From Eledone cirrhosa (taxonomy: Eukaryota), in the NCBI GenBank assembly GCA_964016885.1, contig OZ024743.1, positions 326,182,001-326,246,000 on the forward strand: a stretch of DNA of 64,000 bases, read 5' to 3'. The notes beneath the pieces were generated by a model that saw nothing but the letters and a program-made list of their open reading frames with translations, had not been told where the DNA came from and made no database searches. Positions 1 through 11,836 of the stretch are shown here, in pieces. A program made the position numbers and the translations under genes. Position 1 is the stretch's first letter. Every line of letters begins with the position of its first letter.

Positions 1-3000
1 CGCTTATGCACCCCAATCTAGCCTACCTGACGTTATAAAAAAACAGGTTCTATGAATTGCTAATGCGCACTACCTCCCAAATAACCGACAGTGACTGCAT
101 ACTTATTGCTGGCGACCTAAATGGTCATGTTGGACAACATTGTGATGGCTATGACGGAATCCATGGAGGCTATGGGTTTGGTACTAGAAATGAGGAAGGC
201 TTCAGAATCCTGGAATTCTGTGATGCTAATAATCTATCTGTAACACAAACTTCAAAAAACCAAACAATCACTTGATCACCTATAAGTCAGGGGAACACGC
301 CAGCCAGATAGATTATATCCTTACTAGAAGACGTGACAGGGTGTCTGTTGTAAACACTAAATCCCTCCCCCGTGAAGAATGCACCTCCCAACATAGCCTC
401 ATAGTTAGTGACCTCATAGTCATGACTAGATGTACTCGACAACAGAGGAGGACTACCCCGAGAAGAAGAATATGGAAGTTGAAGTACGCCACAGCCAATA
501 ACAAATTAAAAAGCATATTACTTGATGCTTTTGACAGTAAGGAAGAGCAATTAGAGGTGTACAATATAGAGGAACAGTGGGAATTCTTGAAAGTTAACCT
601 GCTGAAGGTGACAGATGAAATCTGTAGCTGGAGCAGACCTATAGGCAGGAGGAAAGTAACTTGGTGGAGGAGACAATCAAGGCAAAAAGCAGACTTGGAA
701 AGTATGGCAGGAGAGAAGCTAGGAGAAAGTGTACTTTGCAAGAAGGGAAGCAGAGGATAGAAAGCATGTTCTACAACGTGAGGTGTTCAGGATTGCAAGA
801 CAATGTGTCAAGGAAAACCGTGATATTGTCGGGGAGAAGTGTGTCCGTAATGATGATGGTGTACTTGCCCTCACTGATACTGATAAGAAGGTAACTTGGA
901 AGTGTCACTACGAGAGACTACTAAATGAGGAGAATAAATGGGAAAAGGATAGTCTGCTCCAAATCGATCCAATAGAGGGACCAACAGTGCAAGTTAAAGG
1001 TAGTATAATAAGTAAGGCAATCAAAGATGTGAAGACAGGCAAAGCAGCTGGGCCTTCGGAGATAGTTGCTGAGATGTTGAAAGCATCTGGAATGGTGGGA
1101 CATACTATGGTCACCCGGATAGTAAACCAAGTAATACAGAATGGGGTCATACCAAATGACTGGCATAGCAGCATCATCATTAACTGCTACAAGGGTAAAG
1201 GAGATGCTCTAGATAGGGTAAACTATAGAGGCATTAAGTTAGTTGACCAGGTCATGAAGGTCACAGAAAGCGTTATAGCACAACTAATCAGAGATCGAAT
1301 TGATCTAGATGAAATGCAGTTTGGGTTTGTGTCAGGTAAAAGTACCACAGATGGGTTTGTGTCAGGTAAAAGTACCACAGATGCTCTTTTCATTGTACGA
1401 CAACTACAGGAGAAGTACCTAGCTAAAAGTAAACCCCTCTACTTAGCTTTTGTTGACTTGGAGAAAGCCTTTGACAGAGTTCCCCGCTCCATTATCTGGT
1501 GGGTCCTTAGAAAACTAGGTGTAGATGAATGGCTTGTAAGAGCTATTCAAGCCATGTATAAAGAAAGTCAGCAAGGTTAGAATTAACAATGAATATAGTG
1601 AAAAATTTAGCGTAAAAGTTGTTCATCAAGGCTCTGTCCTTAGCCCCCACCTATTTATTATTGACCTTCAGGCTATAACAGAGGAGTTTAAGACTGGCTG
1701 CCCATGGGAACTTCTATACACAGATGATCGAACTCTCATAGCTGAATCTATGGCTGAACTAGAGAAGAAATTCCAAACATAGAAGCATGGCCTAGAATCA
1801 AAAGGCCTTAAAGTTAACTTGTCTAAGATTAAAGTTCTAGTATGTAGAAAGGAAAATAGGGCACAGGTACCTCTGGGAAATGGCCATGCTCAGTGTGTAG
1901 GAAAGGAGTAGGCAGAAATTCCATTTTATATCCCAAATGCAAACTATGGGTACATAAAAGATGGAGTGGGATCACAGGTAAGCTATCTAAGAACGTAGAT
2001 TTTATATGTAGCCAATGCTCTGGTGCAATAAGTAGCAAGTGCCCACATGATACCAGCTCCTGCTATTGCCCAGACGGTTCTATAGAAATAGTGGACACTT
2101 TCCGTTACCTGGGTGACAAAATCAGCAGTGGTGGAGGGTGCTCTGAAAGTACAGTAACTAGAGTCAGAACGGGATGGAAAAAGTCCAGAGAGCTTATACC
2201 GCTGTTGGCCACAAAAGGTCTCTCTTTAAAAATGAAAGGCAGAATGTATGATGCCTGTATACGAACAGCAATGTTACATGGGCATTGTGTGCAGAGGACC
2301 TGCACAGAATGGAAAGGAACGAAGCATGCATGCTCCGTTGGATGTGTAATAGAAATATACGCGAACGGCAAAACATAAATGAACTAAGTGAGAAATTAGG
2401 AATAAGAGGGATCAGATGCTGTTTACTTGAGAGAAGACTACGAAAGACGACAGCTGTATAAAAAAGTGCAGGGCGATCAAAATTGATGGAAGTTATGGAG
2501 TAGGTAGACCCAGAAAAACCCGGGTCAATTTGATAAATTCCGATCTTACACACTTGCACCTCTCTAAGACAATGTCACTGGACCGAGATCTTTTGCACCA
2601 CGCAGTAATACATAAGACCCGCCTTGCCTACGTACAAAGCGAAACCTACAGTCAGTAGGCACCTTTTAACCAAATATACGCCCCCAACCCACTATCCCTC
2701 CTCTACTCCATCCTCCCACTCCCACCAACACCACCCTTTCTCTGTAAAGTTATGTTGGTGCCACGACATCCAGTCCAAACTAATGAGATCGTGTAGGTGT
2801 CACGACAAAAAAAAAACAGAGTCCACACTGTAATGTGGCCGTGCAGGTAACATGGTAAAAAGTTCCCAGTCCACACTGTAAATGTGGTTAGTGTTAGGAA
2901 GGGCATCCAGCCATAGAAAACCTGCCAGATAGTCCATATACGACCGAGACACGGTCACCCGACCAATCTTGCCTCAAGTGGGACAATTCCTGTCTAACCC

Positions 3001-3046
3001 ATGCTAGCGTGGAAGATAGACATTAAACAATGATGATGATGATGAT
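1..3046 (+). mobile_element. RTE-clade LINE, family A copy 1 (frameshifted APE endonuclease-RT-PHD ORF, 3'UTR, (GAT)n tail); runs off the window start
   Basis: ORF pieces carry GDLNGHVG and SQIDYIL (APE), NYRGIKL, QFGF, FVDLEKAFDRVP (RT) and a Cys/His PHD-like motif. Several frameshifts and stops. Ends aacccatgctagcgtggaa...(gat)n at 3046. Confidence 0.95.
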
Positions 3047-4769
3047 TCACTTCAAATATAAGCCAACTTCCCCATTTTACCATCAATTTTTTTTGTCACA
3101 TATTCCTACATTTTATTATGATTCTGAATATTGATGATGCTGATTTCAATATTAGGCAACTCTTAAATGGTGGATTACATTGCAGTATCAATCACATATT
3201 AGAGTAATACAAGAGGATGATACATAAGTTTTTTTATTTTCTATTGATTAGAGTGGGGTGGGAAGAGCCCATTCACTCCTTCCAGGTCCCCTGACAACAA
3301 TTGAAGGAAGCTATCTTCAGAGAAGAGACCTGGTTTAAATTCTTGTAATAGACAGTATGTCACTAAAGACACCAGGTAATGATGCTAAATTGGGTAATAG
3401 ATTAAATCTATCATTTGCAGGAATACTTCCAAAAATATATTTTGCCCTTCCAGAAATATAAGCCAATCATCATTTTACATCAGCTTTTCCACCCTGGCAT
3501 GAGTTAAATGGATTGTCATGAGCTAAGATAGATTGGTCAGTTCCATATTTGACATGATTACTACAACTAATGCAAATGATCTTACATAGTATACTTGGTG
3601 TATTTTTCATGACACCAGCATTAATACTTTATAGAGTGAACTTTATCATGGCATCAACACGAACACTTTATAGGATGTACTGAGTGCATTTTATCATGGC
3701 ACCAGCACAAGAGAAGTTGTTACATGCTAAACTATACGGAAGAGTCCTCTCAAACCTGTTTGATTGCCAAAATACAATATATTTAGTAGCAATTAAAGAT
3801 AGTTGAATCTCTGTGCTCTGTAAATCTCAAATAAACTTGTTACATTAAATGGTAAGGCCTAACAAATTTACTATTTATTGTGGGATAAAAAACGCCCTGT
3901 TCAACACCACAACTGACACTCTTAACATGCTGTATGACATGATTCCACACTACACCACGTCAGTCAGAAAATCTGAATTCTACAAGATAACCCTAATATG
4001 TGCATTCATTTTAAAGGAACTAAGGAACTCTCTAATGTAAGGGAGAACACACTAATTGCCCTGCTTTAGTGAATTTTATCAATTTTTTTTTGCTTTCAAT
4101 TTATTTCCTTTTAAAAAATGGCAGTTATCTGCCATTCTATTAGAGATGACAAATATTGATTATTTAATTAATAGTTAAGAATATTTTGCTTTCAGAGATG
4201 TTAGTGTGTATGACTCATCTAATTTATTAACATTTCTTTTTACCTCTTATATTTTGAATACACCTGTTATTTTAAAATTATTATGAAATTAATTAACAGC
4301 CACATACATATATGCAACATTATTTTTAGTACAAATGTTTATATTACATTAAATAACAAAGTATTTCCCTGTAATACTGTTAATTTTCACAGCAATCCGT
4401 CCACGAGGAAAGATACTATAAACGTTTTAAAGAGAAACCCAGAACAAGGTAAAAGTAAAGAGAGGGGAAACAGGATTGTGTTCACCTATAAGATTGTCAA
4501 TGAGCCTCCAGTCTGAATTAACTTAGCATGCTTATTTCCTAGCCAGTTTATTGATTGACTAGCACGCTTCGTTTTTTTTTTTTTTTTTTTTTTTTTTAAG
4601 GCAGGAGCTGTCTTGGCTAATATGTCCAGTAGTAGTTGTATTTCTGGAGCAGTCAGTCAACATGTATGTGGAGTACCTGATTCAACTGCCAGTACTGATA
4701 GATGATTTGTTGTGGCCAGCTGTTTAAAAAATAGTACAACTGCCTTAGGAAAATGTTTGATTGATCAAT

Positions 4770-4995
4770 CCTTAACTCCTGTTGGAGTTATAGGGGCACT
4801 CTAGGGCATTAAATCTGGCAGAGCCCATACCTCTCCATGTCTAAATACAGCTGATTTCTTCCAGAGAGAGACAGAGAAAGAATTGACCTCAGTACTAGAC
4901 TGGTACTTTATTTATTGACTCCAAAAGGATGAAAGGCAAAGTTGACCTCAGCAGGATTTGAACTCAGTGTACTCAGTGTGCCAATTCACTGCCTT
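4770..4995 (-). mobile_element. degenerate Meta/MESC-core SINE with an alternative 3' tail
   Basis: Core ggatgaaaggcaaagttgacctc...atttgaactcag. The tail ccttaactcctg..ggag..ataggg is shared with 38273-38550. Confidence 0.6.
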
Positions 4996-5834
4996 CAAGA
5001 TATATTGCTGCACCTTATATTGTATATTGAATTATCTTCACATAAAATAAACTACATAGTTAATAAAATATTTCAATTAACTACATAAATTGTTGGACCT
5101 ATCAGAAACAGCAGCTAAATTTCCTTCAATCATACCTTACCAAAGGACACAGAAGTAGTGAATTGACAGGTTCATTGGAAAACTTGGCAAATAAAGGGTC
5201 AAGAAGACTCTTCAGTTATGTCTAAGACATAAATTCCCTAGTACTGGTGCCATGATAAAATGTACCTGTTGCACTGTAGAGTGTGAGAACGTATGTAAAC
5301 AAAGTTCCCCACTTCCCATGGGGCCCACTCTCCTGCACTTACTAGCAGGGGAAAATGGACATTAAAATGATAATGAGGATTAGCACAGGCCAGCTCTCTC
5401 TGCTCTGGGGTTAACTTTGTTTCATCCTTTCATGGATCAATGAAATAAAGTACGAGTCCAACATGGTGAAATAAGCCAAATTATTAAAGCATCAAACAAA
5501 ATGCCTTACGTTATTCCTTCTCACCATTTATGTTCTGAGTTCAGATGCTGCTGTGACCTATTTGGGTGGTAGAATCATCCAGTTTAACTCCACCTTGGAT
5601 GTCCTTAGTGAAGTCCATTCTGTTGCAAGCAGTTAAGGATAATTCCCTTCTCTCCTTTCCACCTGATGTATTATGTCTAAAATGAAAAAAACAAACTTCT
5701 ACCTTAGATCATAGACCTGTTTGATCAGAGTTTAGTTGAAGCTAAACATCTGTCTGTATAGCAGTGCCATGGTTGTTGCAGAATTGTACTGAGTTACTTT
5801 ATCTATCATACATAGTCAAGTTGCAAGAAAAACT

Positions 5835-6048
5835 TTTAACTTTTACGTTACTTTTTGTTACTATACTTTCTAATGAAAGTGACTGAAGGGATTTAGTAAT
5901 ATAACTAGCTTTTTTATTATTAAGTTAGAGTTTGCAGTATAACTTAAGGATTCTTACAAAAATTATGATGGAAGATTTTAGAAAAACAAACAGCTTTATA
6001 TTGTAGAACCAGGCACAGATTCAAGCAGTTTGGTATCAGAAGGGTTAA
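5835..6048. mobile_element. TTAA-flanked MITE family 2 (piggyBac-like termini), degenerate
   Basis: Ends ttggtatcagaagggttaa. Related copies near 6350-6573, 10524-10865, 16000-16214, 28877-29330, 37555-37812, 46319-46822 and 47604-47795. Confidence 0.55.
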
Positions 6049-6589
6049 ATTCATTCTTCTCTTTCAAACTGTCATTTTGTAAAACTATGACGAAATAATG
6101 CACCATTATTTTTTCTTGTAAATCTATTTTAGAAAGTCCACCTTTATTTTTCTGTTGATATTAGTTTTGAGAATTCTTTGATTATTAATAATATTTGATA
6201 AATTGTTTTTATCCACCAAGGATTTTAAATGAGTTGTGTGGTAGTTAGAGAATCTTTAACGAATAGGACACTGTAAGGAATATTGAAACTCACAGGTCGG
6301 GGGTGATATCTGATCATAGCAATTTCACAAAAGATTTAAAATGCATGGTCACCTTTTATTACCATATTTTTTTATGAAATATACTATATTTTAATTAATT
6401 AATTAAGAATTTGGTGGGATTTCCTATGGTTACTAGTTATTTAGTTATTAAGATGGTATATGTGACATAACTTAACAAAAGGTTTTTATATCAATTTGTG
6501 TTGGAAGGTTTTAATTTAAATAGGAAACCTTTGAAATGGGTTTGTTTCGGCAGATTGGTATCAGAAGGGTTAAAGGTGTATATAGGTGT

Positions 6590-6860
6590 TCTCTTCTTTT
6601 TCTTCTTCTTTGCCCCCTTAATCCTGGGAGGGTTGTGGGGCCAGAGTCATCAAACACTCCTTCCAGCAGGACTTGTTGAAAGCAACCATCTCCAACTGAT
6701 CTGGCTGGATCCCCAAGCGAGACTAGCCAAGCTCATAGATGTTATCCAACCAACTTGCTCTTGGTCTCCTGCTGGTTGATTTTGTCCGTAAAATCTGTCC
6801 ATTGATTCTTTCGTACCACATGCTCATAGTATCGGAGCTGTGATCTTTCAATTCTGAAGT
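6590..6860 (-). mobile_element. 3' fragment of RTE LINE family D with (GAA)n tail
   Basis: Minus strand reads RPRASWLDNI...SRLGIQPDQLEMVA, an RTE C-terminus. A homologous fragment lies at 62255-62470. Confidence 0.65.
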
Positions 6861-7466
6861 AAAATTTATTTGCTATTATAACTCAATTTGCTATTATATC
6901 TCAACATGATAGGAAATACCAAAATGATAATACTTAGTTATCTACCAATATTGTTGTTATACCATTGGTTGGAGCCTATTTGTGTAACTATTCTTATAAG
7001 TTTGTTTTGCTTCTGCAATTGCTTTTGACAGAATGTTTTGGATTTATTTATGGCTTCATTCTTGGAAAAAGCATTATTTCATGTCAAACCTTGAATGACT
7101 GTCAGAGCTGCTAATGTCAGCATGCCAATTACTGATAATCTTAGTAGCCTTGTTAAGATTATCTCACCATTTTTTTGTATGGTCTATCTTTACTTTCAGC
7201 TGAACAGTAGTAATATAATCCGTTGTTGCCTGTCTGTATAGTATTGCAAGCCAAGCTTATGTTTCAATGTCACAACAATGTAAGGTACACATGGTAGACC
7301 TTACTCAATGAGATATAATCAGATACATGTCTATTGTTAGGCTATTGTTGTTGGTTGTTAAAGACTATTTTTTACGAACTGATCGTTTATGAATGTAGTA
7401 GGAATAGATTGTGTTGATATTATTTATTTAAATATAGAACAATTATATGATGTAGTTTGTGGTGAA

Positions 7467-10400
7467 ATCATCATCATCATCATCATTTTACGTCCGCTTC
7501 TCCCTGCTTGCAAGGGTGGGACGGGTCTTATTCAGCGCAGTTCATCTCCACTATGAGCTTCAGCGATCTGAGGTCTGTTCTCACCACCTCCGCCTATGTT
7601 TTTCATGGTCTACCTCTACCACGTCTTCCTTCAACTGGCATTTCCTTGCACTTCTTCACCCATCGGTCATCCTCTATGCACATCATATGTCCATACCACC
7701 GCAGTCTCCTCTCACACACTACATTCTATCCCTCTCAGACACAGTTTCTCTCTCAACACATCCATGCTGGGTCGTTCACTCACATTCACATTGCACATCC
7801 AACGGAGCATGCTTGCCTCATTTTTCTCCAGCCGTCGCATATCCTCTGCAGTTGCTGCCCATGTCTGACTACCATGCAGCATCGCGCTCTTCACACAGGC
7901 ATCATATAACCGGCCTTTCACAAGCAGGGAGAAACCCTTCGTCAGCAGATGAAGCAGCTCCCTAAACTTCTTCCAACCCGTCCTTATTCTAGATACTATG
8001 GCCTCGGGACACCCCCCTCCCATGCTAATCCGATCTCTTAGGTACCGGAAGCTATCCACCACTTCTATAGCACCCGCCTGCATTTGAAAAATGTGTCTAA
8101 CAATGCGACTTCTACTGTCTAATTTCCCTGTACATTTACTGCATACGTATTTCTCCCTACCTGTTAGTTTGCTTGCTATCCCACTACATCTCTTGTGTAC
8201 CCAGGATCTGCATTGTGTGCATTTTATAGAATTTATGCCAGTTCCTTTTCTGCATATTGAACATGGCCATTTCCCTGACGGAATCAGAATTTTGTCCTCT
8301 TTTCTACTCGTCAACACTTTTGTCTTAGCTAGATTCACTCTCAGTCCTCTTGCTTCTAACTGCTGTTTCCATAGCCAGAATTTATTCTCTAGCTCCTCTA
8401 CTGATTCTGCTATAAGAACCAGATCGTCAGCATAGAGAAGTTCCCATGGACAGCCAGTCTTAAACTCCTCTGTTATGGCTTGGAGGACTATAATGAACAA
8501 GAGCGGGCTGAGGACCGAACCCTGATGTACTCCTACTTGTATCTGGAATTCCTCACTAAACTCCATTCCTACCCTGACTTTACTGAGAGCACCTATGTAC
8601 AATGTTTGCACTGTCCTCACAAGCCATTCCTCAACACCTAGTTTCCTTAGGGACCACCAGATGACAGATCGGGGTACCCTATCAAAGGCATTCTCTAGGT
8701 CAACAAAGGCTAAGTATAGTGGCTTAGTCTTCTCTAAGAACCTCTCTTGTAATTGTTTCACCAAGAAGGGGGCATCTGTTGTACTTTTCCCAGGCACAAA
8801 ACCAAACTGCATCTCATCTAGTTTGACCCTTTCTCTAATTGGTTGTGCTAATATCCTTTCTGCCACTTTTATAACCTGATCCATCAGTTTTATACCCCTA
8901 TAATTGCTCCTCTCAAGAGCATCCCCTTTACCTTTGAAACAATTTATGAGAATACTGCTGCACCAGTCTTTGGGTATGACATCACCATATTAGCATGATT
9001 GATGATGCATGCAACCAGTTTAGTGCCTATGTCCCCTGATGCCTTCAGCATCTCAGCAACTATCCCTGACGGTCCAGCAGCCTTACCATTTTTTATTTCC
9101 TTAATCGCCTCTTGGACCCTATATTCGTCAATCTCAATAGCTGGTCCCGCTGTCGGATCTACTGAGGGTAATTTCTCTCTCTTTCCTTCGTTCTCCACAT
9201 TCATCATCATCATCATCATCATCATCACCGTTTTACGTCTGTTCTTCCACGCTAGCATGGATTAGACGGGTTGTCCTGTTGTGGGCAGTGTCTGACCATG
9301 CCTTGCTCATACAGGAACTGATTTGGCTTGATTTCTACAGCTGGATGCCCTTCCTAACACCAACCGCATTTACAGTGAGTGATGGGTGCTTTTTCCGTGG
9401 CGCCTACACGTCCACTTTACAGTGTGGGCTGGGTGCTTTTTTGCCGTGGCACCTCCACGACCACCTTGCAGTGGGAGGGTGTGGGGGCATATTGTCTATA
9501 TGCTTCAGCTTGTACCCATGGGAGGTCGGGTACTCTGTATTACTGCGTGACGCCAGAAATCACCTTTCAGAGGTGTAATTGAGTAAGGTGGGCTTTTATC
9601 ACCTCATCCCAGGTCATCTTGGGTCTCATAATGACATTTCCAGGCCTCCTTTTTCTGATCATTCGTGACACTAAGTACACCGGCATCATTCTGGACACAT
9701 TTATCTCCAACAACATCCTGATTTGCATTGACACACTGCCTTGCAATGTGGAACACTGCACGCCTCTGATCTTCCCGTTGCAGAACATTGGCAAACCTCC
9801 TACTACAGCCTCTCTGCGTGCTAAGTACACCTGATGTCTAGCTTCTCTCTTAGCAGCTGTATATCCTTCTCTACTCCCACCCTTTTTCCAAGCCTTTCAT
9901 GCTAGTCTTTTGTCTCTAATGGCCCTATCTACTGTGCTGTTCCACCACCAGGTCACGCTCTGTCTGGTTGGAGCTCTGCTCCAGCCACAAGTTTCATCAG
10001 TAGCCTGTAGTAAGTTGTCACGTAAGAAATTCCAGTTATTATCTATGTCATATGACTCTAAATCGTCTTCTTTTTCGTCATACGACTCTAAATCGTCTTC
10101 TTTTTCGTCATACATATTTTGAAGGGCTTTCCTAAATTTGTATTTCAGTGAAAGGTCTTTTAGCTTCCAGACCTTTTTTCTCCACACCTTCCTGTATGTC
10201 TCATTCCATCTCTTGCTTACTGAGATATCACTAACGACTAACCTATGCTGTGGGGTACATTCTTCCCCAGCGTATGCCTTGGTATTTGACACCATCTGCC
10301 TGTCCCGCTGCCTCACTAGTAAGAAGTCAATCTGGCTTATGTGCTCGCCTGATTTGTAGGTTATTAGGTAGTTGGCAGGTTTCTGGAAGTTAGTGTTGCA

Positions 10401-10523
10401 AGTAGTCAGTGTACTTGCATCACAAAATTCAAGAAGTCTCACTCCTTCATTTCTTGAGCCATAACCGTGCCCACCATGTAACCATCCTGGAGCTGTCTAA
10501 CATGACCATTGAAGTCCCCTGCT
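7467..10523 (-). mobile_element. RTE-clade LINE, family B copy 1 (5' truncated, disrupted, with nested insertion)
   Basis: ORFs 9897-10442 (APE end) and 7712-8884 (RT with QGSVLSPLLF, LYADD, PHD). Highly similar to 11837-15020. (GAT)n tail at 7467-7485. Confidence 0.95.
9207..9623 (-). mobile_element. 5'-truncated RTE family C 3' end nested in family B copy 1
   Basis: Absent from copy 2 at the equivalent site (about 13616-13620). Encodes RPKMTWDEVIKAHLTQLHL, then a 3'UTR with aggaagggcatccagc and a (GAT)n tail. Confidence 0.85.
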
Positions 10524-10581
10524 TATTGAGAAACCTCCCATCATAATTTCAAGTAAGAATCTTTATATTCCACACACCAGC

Positions 10582-10773
10582 TTAATCCTTTAGCATTTAA
10601 ACCAGCTGTATCCGGCCAGAATTCTCTTCTGTTCAAACTGGCTGTAACCGGCCACTCATACTGATGTTAAGGTAGCGTTCTCAAAATAAATATCAAGATC
10701 TCATAGATTCGATATTGTATGAGATAAAGTGTTTTCCATGAAAATACAATAGATGTAAATACTAAAGGGTTAA
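10582..10773. mobile_element. TTAA-flanked MITE family 1 (piggyBac-like), nested in a family 2 MITE
   Basis: ttaa-tcctttagcattt ... aaatactaaaggg-ttaa; terminal inverted repeats plus TTAA duplication. Confidence 0.8.
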
Positions 10774-11219
10774 TGTGGAGTTATGCTCAAAATTTTTGAT
10801 ATTCAAAATGATTTGAAAATCATAAGCAATGCTTTTCATTAGAAATATGTCAACAAAAGGGTTGATTGGTTTGGAAATAGAGACAAAAAGGATATGTTAA
10901 ACTTATGTGGGAACAGAGATTGTTTTAATTAGACACTTCATTTTGAAGGAACATTTTTTAAAATCATTCCTTTATTTACAACTATCAGAGGTTGTTTTTC
11001 TAATCTTTCCTAGAAGCTTTGTTTAAATTATTTTATTACCACCATGCTAAAATGAGCTCTATATGAAACACATTCATCATCATCTTTCTTACATTCATTT
11101 CTCCACAGTTGTTTGGATTTGATGGGTTTTATCAGCCCAGTAATGAGGTAAAACCCCCCTACTTATCATGTGGTTGTAATATTTTCCAGTATTGTCATAT
11201 GTAAGTGTGGTAATGATAT

Positions 11220-11389
11220 CATTCATTTCATTTCATTTTACGTCCACTTTTCCCTGCTTGCAAGGGTGGGACGGGAACTGATTCTGGCTTGATTTCTACA
11301 GCTGGATGCCCTTCCTAACACCAACCTCATTTACAGTGAGTGCTGGGTGCTTTTTTGCCGTGGCACCTCCACGACCACTTTGCAGTGGA
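11220..11389 (-). mobile_element. short chimeric retroelement: family C-like 3'UTR body with family B 3' terminus
   Basis: 11275-11388 matches 9314-9474. 11235-11274 matches the family B end at 11862-11903. Tail is (AAATG)n. Confidence 0.7.
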
Positions 11390-11836
11390 ATGATAGGGAC
11401 CCCAGTCCCTATCATCTCATTTCTACAGCTGAGTTAACTGGAGCAATGTGAAATAAAGTGTCTTGCTCAAGGAAACAACACATCACCCGGTCTGAGAATT
11501 GAACTCACAATACACAATCATAGAGTTCTATGAGCTAACTGCAAGCAATGTTAGACACTTGTGTCTACTTTGTTCAATGTTCACCTGGTGCTGCTTGTCT
11601 AGGTATTACAAAAACAATGTTCAAAGAATAAACAGTTTAACTTTTAAAAGATTATTTGATGCTGCACTGTTAAAAAAAACCCTCTTCATGCAAAGAATTC
11701 AGAAACCTCACACTCGATCTAATACAGAGTTTATTAAACTTGCTACGTAATGCCCTCAGCACCCCCACTCCTATTTCCAGAGAGACCTGACTACACACAA
11801 ATTGTAAATAATATATATTAAATAAAATCGTTAATT

